Shown here: in pieces, positions 1-10,353 of the stretch
How the letters are laid out: every line of letters begins with the position of its first letter
Numbering within the stretch: the first letter of the stretch is position 1
Assembly: GCA_965217865.1 (NCBI GenBank)
Contig: CBDCJO010000002.1
Coordinates: 4,448,001 to 4,512,000 of the forward strand
DNA from: Candidatus Latescibacterota bacterium
GTDB taxonomy: Bacteria > Latescibacterota > UBA2968 > SICM01
Direction: 5' to 3'
Length of the DNA: 64,000 bases
The notes under the pieces: model-generated
The model's input: the letters and a program-made list of their open reading frames with translations, nothing else
The model's database searches: none
What the model was told of the DNA's origin: nothing
Position numbers and translations under genes: made by a program

Positions 1-32
1 ACCTAGCCCGGGATGCAGCGGCACGAGACCCC

Positions 33-383
33 ATGCCTATCTCGCTGAAACGAGCCTATGAAAACCCGTCACAATCGGATGGGTGCCGCATTCTTGTCGA
101 GCGCTTGTGGCCCCGCGGTCTCTCGAAGCAGGACGCCAAGATCGATCTTTGGCCCAAGGAGGCTGCTCCGTCCACTGAACTGCGGCGCTGGTTCAACCAC
201 GAGCCGGACAGGTGGGCAGAATTCAAGCGCCGATACTTCAAGGAGTTGCGCGCCCGGCGGGAGGCTGTGGAGCCCATCGTCGAACGCGTCCGAGCGGGCC
301 GAGTCACCTTCGTCTTTGCCTCGCGAGAGTTGCAGTTCAACAACGCCGTCGCTCTTAAAGAGTACGTGGAGCGCACTGCCTGA
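33..383 (+). CDS. DUF488 (YeaO-like) family protein
   Basis: ISLKRAYE...DGCRILVERLWPRGLSK...APSTELRRWF...NNAVALKEY is the DUF488 signature. Confidence 0.9.
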   Translation: MPISLKRAYENPSQSDGCRILVERLWPRGLSKQDAKIDLWPKEAAPSTELRRWFNHEPDRWAEFKRRYFKELRARREAVEPIVERVRAGRVTFVFASRELQFNNAVALKEYVERTA

Positions 384-407
384 ACCTCACAATAATGGAG
401 GTAAACG

Positions 408-857
408 ATGAAACTCATGACCTTCGCCATTTCACTTGCGATCGTCATCCTGTGCATTATCCCCGGATTTGACTCCGGTGTTTCGGGCGAAAAGCCGCAA
501 ACAGGAGTTGCCAAAATGAGTGTCTATACCGGACTTCAGGATGTTGGGTTGTTCACGCCGAATGTTGAGAAGATGGCAGCGTTCTATGACGCACTTGGCT
601 TACCCAAAGTGATTGACGAAAAACTCCTCAAGGTCTACAGCTTTGGCGGCCAGGATATCGCGATCCACGTATCGGACATATCGCCAAACGGTGCCGGATT
701 CATCAGCATACTCGTCTCGAATCTTGAGCGAGTGCAGAAAACCCTTAAGGAAAAGGGCCTTGTGTTTCAGGGTCCCAAGCCTTTGCACGCGGGCTACACG
801 GGGATCGAGCTGACAGACCCGGACGGCAACAAGGTGAACCTGTTACAAGAAAGATGA
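408..857 (+). CDS. VOC/glyoxalase-like protein with N-terminal signal peptide
   Basis: GGAGG RBS, hydrophobic N-terminus, MAAFY..LGL and C-terminal LTDPDGNKVNL VOC motifs. Confidence 0.8.
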   Translation: MKLMTFAISLAIVILCIIPGFDSGVSGEKPQTGVAKMSVYTGLQDVGLFTPNVEKMAAFYDALGLPKVIDEKLLKVYSFGGQDIAIHVSDISPNGAGFISILVSNLERVQKTLKEKGLVFQGPKPLHAGYTGIELTDPDGNKVNLLQER

Positions 858-959
858 CCGGTGACACGGAGAGCTTTGTTCCGATTTGATCAGAGTCAGA
901 ATGCCCGACCGAGCGGTTATCTTAGGCCGATCGCCTGATGTTATAGTTTCACAAAGCCC

Positions 960-2100
960 ATGACACATCCTCCCAAAAAACGCTGCAGTCGCTGTGGAAA
1001 GCTTCTCGGCAGAGAGAACTTCAACGGGGTTAAGCGAAGCAAAGACTGCCTGGCCGCAACCTGCCGGGCATGCGTCAATCGGCGTCGCAGGGAGCTTCAA
1101 CAGAAGCGTCAGCAACAAGGGATCGCAGCTTCCGTCGACATCGTCGACGCGGCTCGCCGTGGGCATCTGGACGTCATCAAGGCAAACGTAACGGATGATC
1201 CAAGGCAACTTCAACATCTACTGTGGAAAACGGTCCAGGACTTTCATTCGATCAAGAAACGACCGGAGCATACTGCGCAGGCTCGATTCCTCATACAGAG
1301 AGGCGCCAAACCTCATTGGTCGATGATTTCGGAAGCCGCCAGCGGCGGACACCAACCTCTTATCGATGTACTCCTGGAAAGCGGCGTTGAAACCAATATT
1401 TTCGTGGCGGCCGCCATCGGTGACGAGAAGCGTTTATCTCAGTTGCTCGACAATGACCGTCATTTTGCAAAGGCCGATGACAGAGGCATTACACCGCTTC
1501 ATTACTGTGGAATGTCGGCGCTGGGAAAGACCGACCCTCACAGAGCCGGATCATTTGTTCGGTGTGCAGAGCGACTTATTCAGGCCGGTGCAGAAGGTCG
1601 ACGCGAAAGCCTCCAGCCCTGTTGGACAACTCAGACCTCTGCATTGCGTCTGCGGGACCGGCGGCAATATTGGACTGGCGCGATTACTCCTTGAAAGCGG
1701 TGCAGACCCGACAGGTTGTTTGACTTTTGCACTGGGTCACTTTCAAAGGCACGGAGACGGTCATTACGACATCGCCGAATTACTGCTCGAGGCGGGAATC
1801 GATATTCACGATGAAGGAGACGACGTTCTGGGACACTTTGCTGCACACGGAGATGCCAAAGCGGTTCGGTGGCTGTTGGAGCACGGAGCAAACCCGAACG
1901 TGAAATCGGAAGAAGGACGAACACCTCTGCACCTGGCCGCCGAGCGAAATACGGGCATCAAAGTCATCAAGCTCTTGTTTGACCACGGGGCCGACATGAA
2001 TGCGACGACCGTCGATGGCCACACGCCGCTTTATCTTTCTAAACAAAACAACAAGCGGCGTGTCACTGAATACCTTGAAAACGAGGACGCGGTGGCGTAA
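960..2100 (+). pseudogene. Ankyrin-repeat protein with N-terminal CxxC/CxxC motif, frameshifted near 1596
   Basis: ORF 960-1694 (ankyrin GITPLH..LIQAGA) continues in the frame of ORF 1366-2100 (VDAKAS...GRTPLHLAA...GHTPLYL) if one base is removed at gcagaaggtcgac; could be a sequencing error. Confidence 0.7.
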
Positions 2101-2134
2101 TCATGGCGGGAAGAAAATCCATCGCTCGACTTTC

Positions 2135-2647
2135 ATGACACGACACATCACCCCTTCAGACGCGCCGCACATCGCTTCGATTCAACTCGAAGCGTGGAGC
2201 GCCTCCTTGATACCTCCATTAGGGGCGGATGCCTTTCGTGAGATGACTGTAGAATTGAGGACAGCCAAATGGATGGAAATGCTACAGGACAGGGACTGGA
2301 AAGGCCTCTTGGTCGAACTTGGAGAGCCGGTCGCATTTTCTGTTTTTGGTCGAGCCGTCGACTCGGATATTGCAGACAACCGGGTCGCTGAGATCTTCGG
2401 TTTTCACGTTAAACCAGCCCAGTGGAGACAGGGAATCGGTCGAGAACTCATGGTGGACACGCTCCTCGAGCTAACACAGTCGGGATTCTCATCCTGTCTG
2501 GCATGGGTCTTCTCGGATAACACGCCTGCTCGCAGCTTTTACGAACAAATGGGGTTCAATTGGGATAATAGCCGAAAAGAAGCCGGGTTTGGTTTACAGG
2601 GCTTGCGATATCGGCGATCTAACTTGCTGATCCACAAGACGGAGTGA
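2135..2647 (+). CDS. GNAT family N-acetyltransferase
   Basis: HVKPAQWRQGIGREL (motif A) and NTPARSFYEQMGF; ATG at 2135 chosen as start. Confidence 0.85.
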   Translation: MTRHITPSDAPHIASIQLEAWSASLIPPLGADAFREMTVELRTAKWMEMLQDRDWKGLLVELGEPVAFSVFGRAVDSDIADNRVAEIFGFHVKPAQWRQGIGRELMVDTLLELTQSGFSSCLAWVFSDNTPARSFYEQMGFNWDNSRKEAGFGLQGLRYRRSNLLIHKTE

Positions 2648-2651
2648 CATA

Positions 2652-3569
2652 ATGCTAAAACCTGAGTCATTCAAATCTGCCCGGGATTTCATTCGATCCC
2701 ACGCCCGGCCCTTGGAGCAGAGCCTTTTCGCCCGTCTATTCGAAGGTGCGTCAGCTGAAAAGGTCATCGATTCCCTGGCCGAATACCGGAACGCGGATGG
2801 CGGTTACGGACACGGACTGGAGCCGGACTTCTGGACGCCGGCCTCCTCCTGCATGGCGACTTCGGTCGCTTTCCAGTACCTTGATACGGCAAACGCGTCT
2901 CTGGAGCATCCTTTCTACCTGGACGGCATCCAATTTCTTGTGAAGACCTTCGATGCCGAGTACAAGGGGTGGGAACAAACGCCGCCGGACGTCAATGACG
3001 CCCCTCACGCCCCGTGGTGGGATTATGACGCCGATAAGAAAGCCGATTATTTTGAGAACCACTGGGCAAATTGCGGAGCGGAAGTCCTGGGATATTTATA
3101 CAGGTTTCCCGGGAAAGTGCCGGAGCCCATCGTCAAGGAGCAGGAAGCCATAGCAATCAAACGCCTTCGAGCACACGAAAACGGATTGGATATGCACGAG
3201 TTTATCTGTTATCACCGATTGGCCAGGTCGGCCCCTTCGCAGCTCAAGAAAGTGGTATTGGAAGCACTCAGAGCGTATATCCCCACTTCGGTGGCCTTGA
3301 CGGAAGACCAGTGGAGGGGATACTCACTGCGTCCCATTTGGATCGTAGAATCTCCAGAAGACCCGCTGGCCCCAGAGCTTCAAGAGGTCCTTCTACGATA
3401 TCTTCAATTTGAAATCGGGCAACAAGGACCCGATGGGGCCTGGGGGCCATTCTGGTCCTGGGGACGGGATCAGGAGAATTGGAAAAAGGCCGAACAAGCC
3501 TGGAAGGGAATCTTGACGCTGAGATTTCTAAGGGTCCTGAGGAACTTCGACCTCATTGAAGGGAGATAA
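2652..3569 (+). CDS. Conserved protein, prenyltransferase/squalene-cyclase-like alpha/alpha barrel
   Basis: ARPLE...YRNADGGYGHGLEPD, PHAPWW and QGPDGAW repeats. Confidence 0.65.
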   Translation: MLKPESFKSARDFIRSHARPLEQSLFARLFEGASAEKVIDSLAEYRNADGGYGHGLEPDFWTPASSCMATSVAFQYLDTANASLEHPFYLDGIQFLVKTFDAEYKGWEQTPPDVNDAPHAPWWDYDADKKADYFENHWANCGAEVLGYLYRFPGKVPEPIVKEQEAIAIKRLRAHENGLDMHEFICYHRLARSAPSQLKKVVLEALRAYIPTSVALTEDQWRGYSLRPIWIVESPEDPLAPELQEVLLRYLQFEIGQQGPDGAWGPFWSWGRDQENWKKAEQAWKGILTLRFLRVLRNFDLIEGR

Positions 3570-3593
3570 CGATGGGTCTACCAGGAGTTCACG

Positions 3594-4217
3594 ATGTCTG
3601 TGAACGTTGAAGCCTTCATCACCGCACTTCGATCCGGCTCAGGCGATCCGATGGTCTTCGTCGACCGGCTGGAAGATATCGAGTCGATCGGGCCTGCGGG
3701 CCACACGCAGTTGGGATCTTCTACATTTCACGGTCGACCCGATTTGGCCGAGATCCTGCTCAAGCGCGGCGCCGACGTGAACGCGCTCTACGCGAATGGC
3801 CGGACACCGCTGTTCGGCGCCATGCACCGGAAGGATTTGGAGACGATGCGTCTGCTCGTCGATTATGGCGCGGACGTCAACCGGGGTATCCCGGCGATCG
3901 GACACGCCCCGATCCATCGCGCATCGTACTGGGGGTTGCTCCCGTTCGTGCAGTTTCTGGTGTCGCGGGAGGCGGAGGTGAACGTGCGATCAACGGCGCC
4001 GAATCCGGATTTCGGCGTCCCGGGCGAGGCTGGCGGAGAAACGCCTCTGCATTACGCCGCAGGTTTTGCCGCTGGCGATGTCGTTTCCTGCTTGATCTTT
4101 CACGGCGCGGAATTAGGGATCAAGAACCACAACGTCCAGCGCCCGATGGACTGGGCGCTCGCACAGGATCGTCCGCAGGAGATCGTCCGGTTGCTGGATC
4201 ACCCGGGGACGCAATAA
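3594..4217 (+). CDS. Ankyrin-repeat protein
   Basis: LLKRGADVNA...GRTPLF, GHAPIH and GETPLHYAA repeats; AGGAG RBS. Confidence 0.85.
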   Translation: MSVNVEAFITALRSGSGDPMVFVDRLEDIESIGPAGHTQLGSSTFHGRPDLAEILLKRGADVNALYANGRTPLFGAMHRKDLETMRLLVDYGADVNRGIPAIGHAPIHRASYWGLLPFVQFLVSREAEVNVRSTAPNPDFGVPGEAGGETPLHYAAGFAAGDVVSCLIFHGAELGIKNHNVQRPMDWALAQDRPQEIVRLLDHPGTQ

Positions 4218-4277
4218 AATATGAAAAATGTACCCGAGAGTTCAAACGGTTCTGCGGCGTGAAAGGAGCAGATTGTC

Positions 4278-5069
4278 ATGCCAAATGCACGAGACCGGTT
4301 CTGGATGTGGGGGCACGATGCCGGAAGTCATGATGAGCTTTATAACGTCACAGGAAAATCGCGGATCACGCCGGTGGAGGCTGCCTTCTACTTCTCCATC
4401 CCGAACATCGTGATGGTCCGCTACAGGGAAAAGTCGCTCCCGCCGAGCGTCCAGTATAGCGTTCCGTTCCGTCCATTGAGGCAAGTGGTTTGGTCGATTG
4501 TGGGCTCAGGCGGGAGGGAATCCGCGCGCTCGGAGCGGGAGCAGGCCATTGAACTGGCTCAGGACCTGCCGAACATGACCGGTGTCATGATGGACGATTT
4601 CTTCAAGACCGAGGGAGACGAAGACAGTATCGGCACCCTGTCTCTTGATGAACTGCGCAACGTTCGCGACCTCTTGAGCGCTTCCCCGCGCAAGCTCGAT
4701 CTGTGGGTGGTGCTCTACAACTTTCAGACACACCTCCCTGTGAGGCGTCATCTTGAGCTCTGCGATAAGGTCACGTTTTGGACGTGGAAAGCCGAGGATT
4801 TGCCGAAGATGGAAGAGAATTTTGCTTTGGCGGAAGCGGTTGCGCCTTCTTGCGGCAAGCTCCTCGGGTGCTACATGTGGGACTACGGCGTGAAACGTCC
4901 AATGCCCGTGAACCTGATGGAGAAACAGTGTGAGACGGGTTTGCAGTGGCTTCAGGAAGGTCGGATTGAAGGGATGATCTTTCTGGCCTCTTGCATATGT
5001 GACCTTGGCCTTGAGACGGTCGAGTGGACCAGGCAGTGGGTGGCCAAGGTAGGAGACCGGCCACTTTAA
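4278..5069 (+). CDS. Conserved hypothetical protein (possible TIM-barrel)
   Basis: 263-aa ORF with AGGAG RBS; GVMMDDFF and GCYMWDYG motifs; function not recognised. Confidence 0.6.
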   Translation: MPNARDRFWMWGHDAGSHDELYNVTGKSRITPVEAAFYFSIPNIVMVRYREKSLPPSVQYSVPFRPLRQVVWSIVGSGGRESARSEREQAIELAQDLPNMTGVMMDDFFKTEGDEDSIGTLSLDELRNVRDLLSASPRKLDLWVVLYNFQTHLPVRRHLELCDKVTFWTWKAEDLPKMEENFALAEAVAPSCGKLLGCYMWDYGVKRPMPVNLMEKQCETGLQWLQEGRIEGMIFLASCICDLGLETVEWTRQWVAKVGDRPL

Positions 5070-5158
5070 AGACGCGAAACGGTGCTATAAATGTGTGGAC
5101 TGCGTGCCGGTCCCTTTAGCTGTTCGGGCCGGCAAGTTAAAGGTTAGATTGGACAGGC

Positions 5159-5821
5159 ATGCACAGCAGCACTCTGAGAGGTAACGACTTCAAGATCCTG
5201 TGGCGTGGCAAGGCCGTCACTCATGCGGAGTTCTCTTCGCGGGTTCGAGAGACGGACCGTGTCGGTGTCGTCAGCCCGCACCGATTCGAAGGCATTGGCG
5301 CCATCACAATGATCATGGCGTACGTAACGGCGTTCTATGATCGGTACCGCGAGCGTGGTTCGGAATTCTTTGCCTACCCGGATTTCTTTACGTTTCAGCG
5401 GCAAGCGCCTTGTGCCGACTACGGCATGTGCGACATCTGGCCTAACCGAAAGAACGTCCACGTTCCACCCGATGCGCAGCAGACCGTCGAGGCCATCACC
5501 GATCGGGGAATCACCTTGCTTCTGGTTCCGGACAACGATGGTCGTGATGCAGCGATCGAACCGGTGGATTTAGAAAGCGCCAGACGCAATATCAGGCGTT
5601 GCTTCGCCTACTCCGAAACCGGTACGACGGCATCGTCCGATCTTGTCGTCGAGTGTCCGAGCCATCTGCTCCGCGATTATGCTTTGGCCGTTTTCGACTC
5701 AATACCTATTGACGACTCGGTGGAGGAGCAACGGGGGCGATGGCTTGAGCGAATGGCCACCGGCACCTTGAGTCAATCATTCCGCGAATTGGACCTGAGT
5801 GAGGCTTTTCGGAGGATTTGA
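5159..5821 (+). CDS. Hypothetical protein
   Basis: 220-aa protein-like ORF co-oriented with neighbours. Confidence 0.6.
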   Translation: MHSSTLRGNDFKILWRGKAVTHAEFSSRVRETDRVGVVSPHRFEGIGAITMIMAYVTAFYDRYRERGSEFFAYPDFFTFQRQAPCADYGMCDIWPNRKNVHVPPDAQQTVEAITDRGITLLLVPDNDGRDAAIEPVDLESARRNIRRCFAYSETGTTASSDLVVECPSHLLRDYALAVFDSIPIDDSVEEQRGRWLERMATGTLSQSFRELDLSEAFRRI

Positions 5822-5883
5822 TTCTCAACCTGGAGAACCAGCCGTAAGACACCCATCCATCATCTATCGATAAGCCTTACACC

Positions 5884-7923
5884 GTGCCCCCTGTCGGCCT
5901 CCCTTTTTTGAACGAGATGGTGGCGCTCTTCATCGTGAGCGTCATCATCGCCTACCTGTGCTATCGCCTGCGCCTCGTGCCGATCGCCGGTTTCCTGCTC
6001 GCCGGCGTCGTCATCGGCCCGAGTGGCCTCGGCCTCGTTCGCGACCAGGAGTTAGTCCACATACTGGCCGAGGTAGGTGTGATCCTGTTGCTGTTCACGA
6101 TCGGGCTGGAGTTCAGCCTGGAGAAGCTCTCGCGCATCGGCCGGGCCATTTTCGTGGGCGGAGGGATGCAGGTGACCCTCAGCATCGCCATCGTCGTCGG
6201 GGCGCTTCTCGCCTTCGACGTGAAATGGCAGGCCGGCGTCTACACGGGCTGCCTTGTGGCCCTCAGCTCGACGGCTATCGTCCTGGGCCTGTTGGCCGAA
6301 CGCGACGAGACCGACACGCCGACCGGCAGCCTGTCGCTGGCCATCCTTATCTTTCAGGACCTGGCCGTCGTCGTCATGGTACTCCTCGTCCCGTTCCTGG
6401 CCGGGGAGGGCGGCAGGGTAAGTGGGGTTCTCTGGGTGCTTGGCAAGGCCCTGCTCCTGATCGCCGTGGTACTGGTGCTGGCCCGGCGCGTGGTGCCCTG
6501 GATGCTGGAGCACATCGCGCATACACGGCGGCAGGAGCTGTTTCTGCTGACGGTCGTGGCGATCTGCTTGGGGACGGCCGCGGTGTCCAGCTACGCCGGA
6601 GTCAGCCTGCCGTTGGGTGCGTTCCTGGCCGGACTGGTGGTGAGCGAGAGCCGCTACAGCGATCAGGCCATGAGCGAGATTCTGCCGCTTCGCACGATCT
6701 TCAATGCGGTCTTTTTCGTGTCAGTTGGCATGCTGCTCAACCTCGGGATCCTCGTCGAGAATCACCTGCTCGTGCTTGCGGCGGCAGGCGTTGTCCTCAT
6801 CGTCAAATTCCTGACGACGACCGGCAGTGCACTCGTGCTAGGCTATCCGATCCGAATCGCCGCGGCCGCCGGATTGGCCCTGGCTCAGATTGGCGAGTTC
6901 TCGTTCGTGCTGGAGCGCGCCGGGCGGGCCGCCGGACTGTCGCCGGCCGGCATGGGTGAAGCCGGTGCCCAGACCTTTATCGCGGCGACTGTTCTCCTCA
7001 TGCTGCTCACTCCGCTCCAGGTACAGGTCGCACACCGCTTCGGTGCTTTCTTATCCCGTACACCCTTTCGGCGGCTGGGTGCTCCTGCAGAGCAGCCGGC
7101 GGTCGAAGACACCGGGCACTTCGAAGACCATGTGATCATCGTTGGCTATGGGCCGGCAGGACGACGGCTCGTGCAGGTGCTGCAGGATCGCGGGATTCCC
7201 TTCGTCGTCATCGAGATGAATCCGGCCTCCGTCAAAGAGATGCACCAACAGGGCGTGCGTGCCATCTACGGCGATGCCTCGCGGCCCCATATCCTGGAAA
7301 CTGCCTGCGTCGAAGCAGCTAAGCTGTGCGTGGTGGTCATAAACGATCCGGCCATTGCCCCGCGCATTATTCACCAGGCTCGCTACCTGAATCCCACCCT
7401 TCAGATCATCGTCCGTACGCGTCATCTGGCGAACGTTGAGCGCTTGCAGCAGATCGGGGCCGACATCATCGTGCCCGAGGAGATGGAGACAACCGCTCGC
7501 ATTTTCTCTCATGTCCTCGGGGCCTACATGATCCCGCCGGAGGAGGTCGAACGTCAGGTCCAGATGATCCGTGCGCACGACTACGGCATCATGCGCGGGA
7601 GCATTCAGGAGGCGCACTTGATGGTGCTGCAGGGGCTAGACGAGGAGGGCATGCATACCCGCGCCGTGGCCGTGCGTGAGGGGTCCCCGTCTGCGGGCAA
7701 GACGCTGGAGGAACTGGCGCTGCGTCGCCAACACGGGATTACCGTTTTGGCCGTACGGCGGGGCGGAAAGGCCATTGCCAGCCCGGCCGGGGACTTTCAG
7801 GTTCAGGTCGGCGATCGACTCATCCTGATCAGTACGGCCGAGCGCTTCGCTGCGTGTGCGGCTCTGTTTCGAGCCGAGACCCATACTATCGACCCTTTGT
7901 CCGGAAAGCCATTGTCAGAATAA
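5884..7923 (+). CDS. CPA2 cation:proton antiporter (KefB/KefC-like) with TrkA-N and TrkA-C domains
   Basis: LFTIGLEFS, LSSTAIV, QIGEFSFVL transmembrane motifs; HVIIVGYGPAG Rossmann motif; C-terminal GKTLEELALR..GITVLAV. Confidence 0.9.
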   Translation: MPPVGLPFLNEMVALFIVSVIIAYLCYRLRLVPIAGFLLAGVVIGPSGLGLVRDQELVHILAEVGVILLLFTIGLEFSLEKLSRIGRAIFVGGGMQVTLSIAIVVGALLAFDVKWQAGVYTGCLVALSSTAIVLGLLAERDETDTPTGSLSLAILIFQDLAVVVMVLLVPFLAGEGGRVSGVLWVLGKALLLIAVVLVLARRVVPWMLEHIAHTRRQELFLLTVVAICLGTAAVSSYAGVSLPLGAFLAGLVVSESRYSDQAMSEILPLRTIFNAVFFVSVGMLLNLGILVENHLLVLAAAGVVLIVKFLTTTGSALVLGYPIRIAAAAGLALAQIGEFSFVLERAGRAAGLSPAGMGEAGAQTFIAATVLLMLLTPLQVQVAHRFGAFLSRTPFRRLGAPAEQPAVEDTGHFEDHVIIVGYGPAGRRLVQVLQDRGIPFVVIEMNPASVKEMHQQGVRAIYGDASRPHILETACVEAAKLCVVVINDPAIAPRIIHQARYLNPTLQIIVRTRHLANVERLQQIGADIIVPEEMETTARIFSHVLGAYMIPPEEVERQVQMIRAHDYGIMRGSIQEAHLMVLQGLDEEGMHTRAVAVREGSPSAGKTLEELALRRQHGITVLAVRRGGKAIASPAGDFQVQVGDRLILISTAERFAACAALFRAETHTIDPLSGKPLSE

Positions 7924-8031
7924 GCTTCGCCCGTAGTTCTTAGCTTCGCCTTTTTGTCCACTTCCGTGCCGCTTGCGATCGCGTTGTCAGTCCTAATTAT
8001 AGGTTCGTCCCTCCACCATTGGTATTAGAAC

Positions 8032-8817
8032 ATGAAGCTTAGAATCGCTCAGATCAGAATTGTTCCCGAGAAAGGGAACCTGAAAGGGAACTTCAAAAAT
8101 CTCCTGCGTTCAATGAAAGCGCTCGAGAAACATCGACCGGACGTCGTAATCACACCCGAATGTTTTTTGGACGGCTATGTGACCACTGAGAAGTCCGTCA
8201 CAAGAAAGACCATTTTGAAATACGCCATAGACCCGCAGACATCTCCCTACACGGAAGTCATTTCGGAATGGGCGGCCCGCAGCAAGGCATGGGTTGTCTT
8301 CGGGTGCACGAGAAAGGGACCGCTGGGTGCCTATAACTCGGCCCTGATCTTCGACCGGGGTGGGAAGATCGTCGGAATCTACGACAAGGTGCATTGCCAA
8401 CTCCACGACAGGAAGTACGTCCAGGGGGATTCGCTGCCCGTCTTTGATTCGGATTTCGGGCCATTCGGAGTGATGATTTGTGCGGACCGTCGGTGGCCTG
8501 AAACGGTGAGAACGCTGGCTCTGAAGGGAGCACGGGTTATTTTCAACCCCACGTATGGAATGTTCTGTGATCTGAATCTCGCGATGATGAGAACCCGATC
8601 GTTCGAGAACGAGGTGCTGATTGCCTTCACACACGTCAGGCAGTCGCTCATCACGGGGCCGGAGGGAGAAGTCCTTTGTAATGACAGACGAAAGAAGCCG
8701 CGATTCAGCGTCAACACCCTCGATCTCAAGACGGTGGATCGATGCCGGCGGAAACGGCAAGCCCATCTGAGGGACCGGCAAGTGCACGTTTACGAAGAAC
8801 CGGCCGAATCAGGGTGA
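8032..8817 (+). CDS. Carbon-nitrogen hydrolase (nitrilase superfamily)
   Basis: E-K-C triad: TPECFLDGY, YDKVH, GVMICADRRWPE. Confidence 0.9.
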   Translation: MKLRIAQIRIVPEKGNLKGNFKNLLRSMKALEKHRPDVVITPECFLDGYVTTEKSVTRKTILKYAIDPQTSPYTEVISEWAARSKAWVVFGCTRKGPLGAYNSALIFDRGGKIVGIYDKVHCQLHDRKYVQGDSLPVFDSDFGPFGVMICADRRWPETVRTLALKGARVIFNPTYGMFCDLNLAMMRTRSFENEVLIAFTHVRQSLITGPEGEVLCNDRRKKPRFSVNTLDLKTVDRCRRKRQAHLRDRQVHVYEEPAESG

Positions 8818-9137
8818 TGAGGCAGGAACTCCAGGCACCGTTATGGAGGAGAAGAATTTTGGCTGTTAGATTTCTACAAGCTCAACCAGTTGATCGGACT
8901 GGGGATGTCGAAATTTCACAATGAGGGATCATTATGGTAACAAAAAGGAGAAGATGTAGGATTTTTATAGGGACCTAAACCGATCATCGGCCAGAGGCGC
9001 CTCTAGGTCGGGGCAGCGATCCAGGTTCTATGACAAACATGGATGGTCTAACGCCATGTGGGTGGGTATCCTGTCTCCTCCTGATGATTCTGCTTGACAT
9101 GGACTTGCCGGTTGACGATTATGTATAAAGGGTATGC

Positions 9138-9350
9138 ATGGGGAAATGGAAACCGGACTACACCCACCGGACGCCGGATGGTCTTATCGTCGAAGGGCGA
9201 AGACGCCGAAGGCCGGGGGCAGACGGCGCAGAGAGCGTCATCGAGAAATTCAAGGATAAACAGGGTCGAACAGTCCGTATCAGGCACGTTGTCCGGGATC
9301 GAGAAGGCCGGATCATCCATGAGCATGTTATGCCTGTCGAACGGAGATAA
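9138..9350 (+). CDS. Small basic hypothetical protein (70 aa)
   Basis: ATG ORF after AT-rich promoter-like sequence, 3 nt upstream of the next ORF. Confidence 0.55.
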   Translation: MGKWKPDYTHRTPDGLIVEGRRRRRPGADGAESVIEKFKDKQGRTVRIRHVVRDREGRIIHEHVMPVERR

Positions 9351-9353
9351 ATC

Positions 9354-9713
9354 ATGGGCACGCCCCTTCTGGACTCGTTTCCTGCGGAGGTTCACAGGTT
9401 CATCGCCCCGGTGGTGAACCTGGCGAAGGCCGGGGATGTGACAGGCGCCGAGCAGGCCCTTGCGTGGATGGCCGTTGCAGTTGCCGGTGCGGTGGAGGCT
9501 GGCAGGCTGTCCCCACAGAGGGCGAATGACTATTTCCTGGCCCTTGACCTATCTCTTGACGAGGGGACAGAGATCGACCTGTCGGACAACGCGAAAGACC
9601 TGTTGATGGAGGGGATGCACTTCCACGATTGGGGCACTCCTCACGCTCCCGATCTTTCTTTGATCCGGGAAGCTGCCGAGCGGATTTCTGGCGCGGCTGT
9701 AGCGATCCCCTGA
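9354..9713 (+). CDS. Small acidic hypothetical protein (119 aa)
   Basis: GGAGA RBS inside the upstream gene; followed by a terminator. Confidence 0.6.
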   Translation: MGTPLLDSFPAEVHRFIAPVVNLAKAGDVTGAEQALAWMAVAVAGAVEAGRLSPQRANDYFLALDLSLDEGTEIDLSDNAKDLLMEGMHFHDWGTPHAPDLSLIREAAERISGAAVAIP

Positions 9714-9747
9714 ACCTGCTCAAGTCCCCCCCTTCTCTGCACGTAGC

Positions 9748-9774
9748 CCCGGAGTTTTTACGCTCCGGGTTTTT
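9748..9774 (+). terminator. Intrinsic terminator
   Basis: cccggag-tttttacg-ctccggg stem-loop followed by a T-run. Confidence 0.6.
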
Positions 9775-10029
9775 CCTTTTCGTCATTGGCCAAACAACAT
9801 CATCAATGGCTTGCTGCAGCACAGTCCACCTATCCACCGCACCGCGCTTTCAGTGACCTTCCGCTTGACATCATCCCATCGATTGGCTATCGTTGGTGCC
9901 AGAGCGCACTGGAGCGTCACCTGTCCGCGGCAAGGGAATAAAGCCCACCGGCAACACATCAAGCCATCTTTCCGCCCGACATGAAGCGGACATCGGGTCC
10001 TCTCGAAAGGTGGTTGGCACGTCTCCGCA

Positions 10030-10215
10030 CCCGTCCACACTTCCCCCAAATCCCAGTCTCGCCTTGCTGGCAAATCTCGCGAATGGACTTCGCAAAGCCC
10101 ACGCTGCACGCGACCCGGACGCTTTTCGCCGTATCCTCACACACCATCCGAAGTTTGCCTCCTCTGATCAATCGGACGTCGCCGGGGCTAAGATGTCCCT
10201 TCGTGACGCCAGGAG
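10030..10215 (+). pseudogene. Truncated remnant of an ankyrin-protein-type N-terminal module
   Basis: LPPNPSLALLANLANGLRKAH...HPKF...MSLRDAR resembles the LP..PSLE.L...AK.L...L.DAQ..IAREYGF leader, and is cut short. Confidence 0.4.
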
Positions 10216-10353
10216 TCATAGAAGATGCCGCCTTCGCCGTCGGAGATCCACCGGTACCTGATGTCGCAGCTCGTGCCATCGCTGGGGTACGACGGTGGCG
10301 ACGTGCGCAGATGTCAGAAGGGCATAAAACTCCAGCGAACCAGGGCATAATCC

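Noticed and set aside
5095-5150. attC site before the 5159 gene
   Set aside because: A hairpin and GTTAGAT are present, but there is no matching upstream RYYYAAC box.
8839-8859. RYGGEEF diguanylate-cyclase-like motif in intergenic DNA
   Set aside because: Only seven codons with no surrounding GGDEF domain; at most a tiny remnant.
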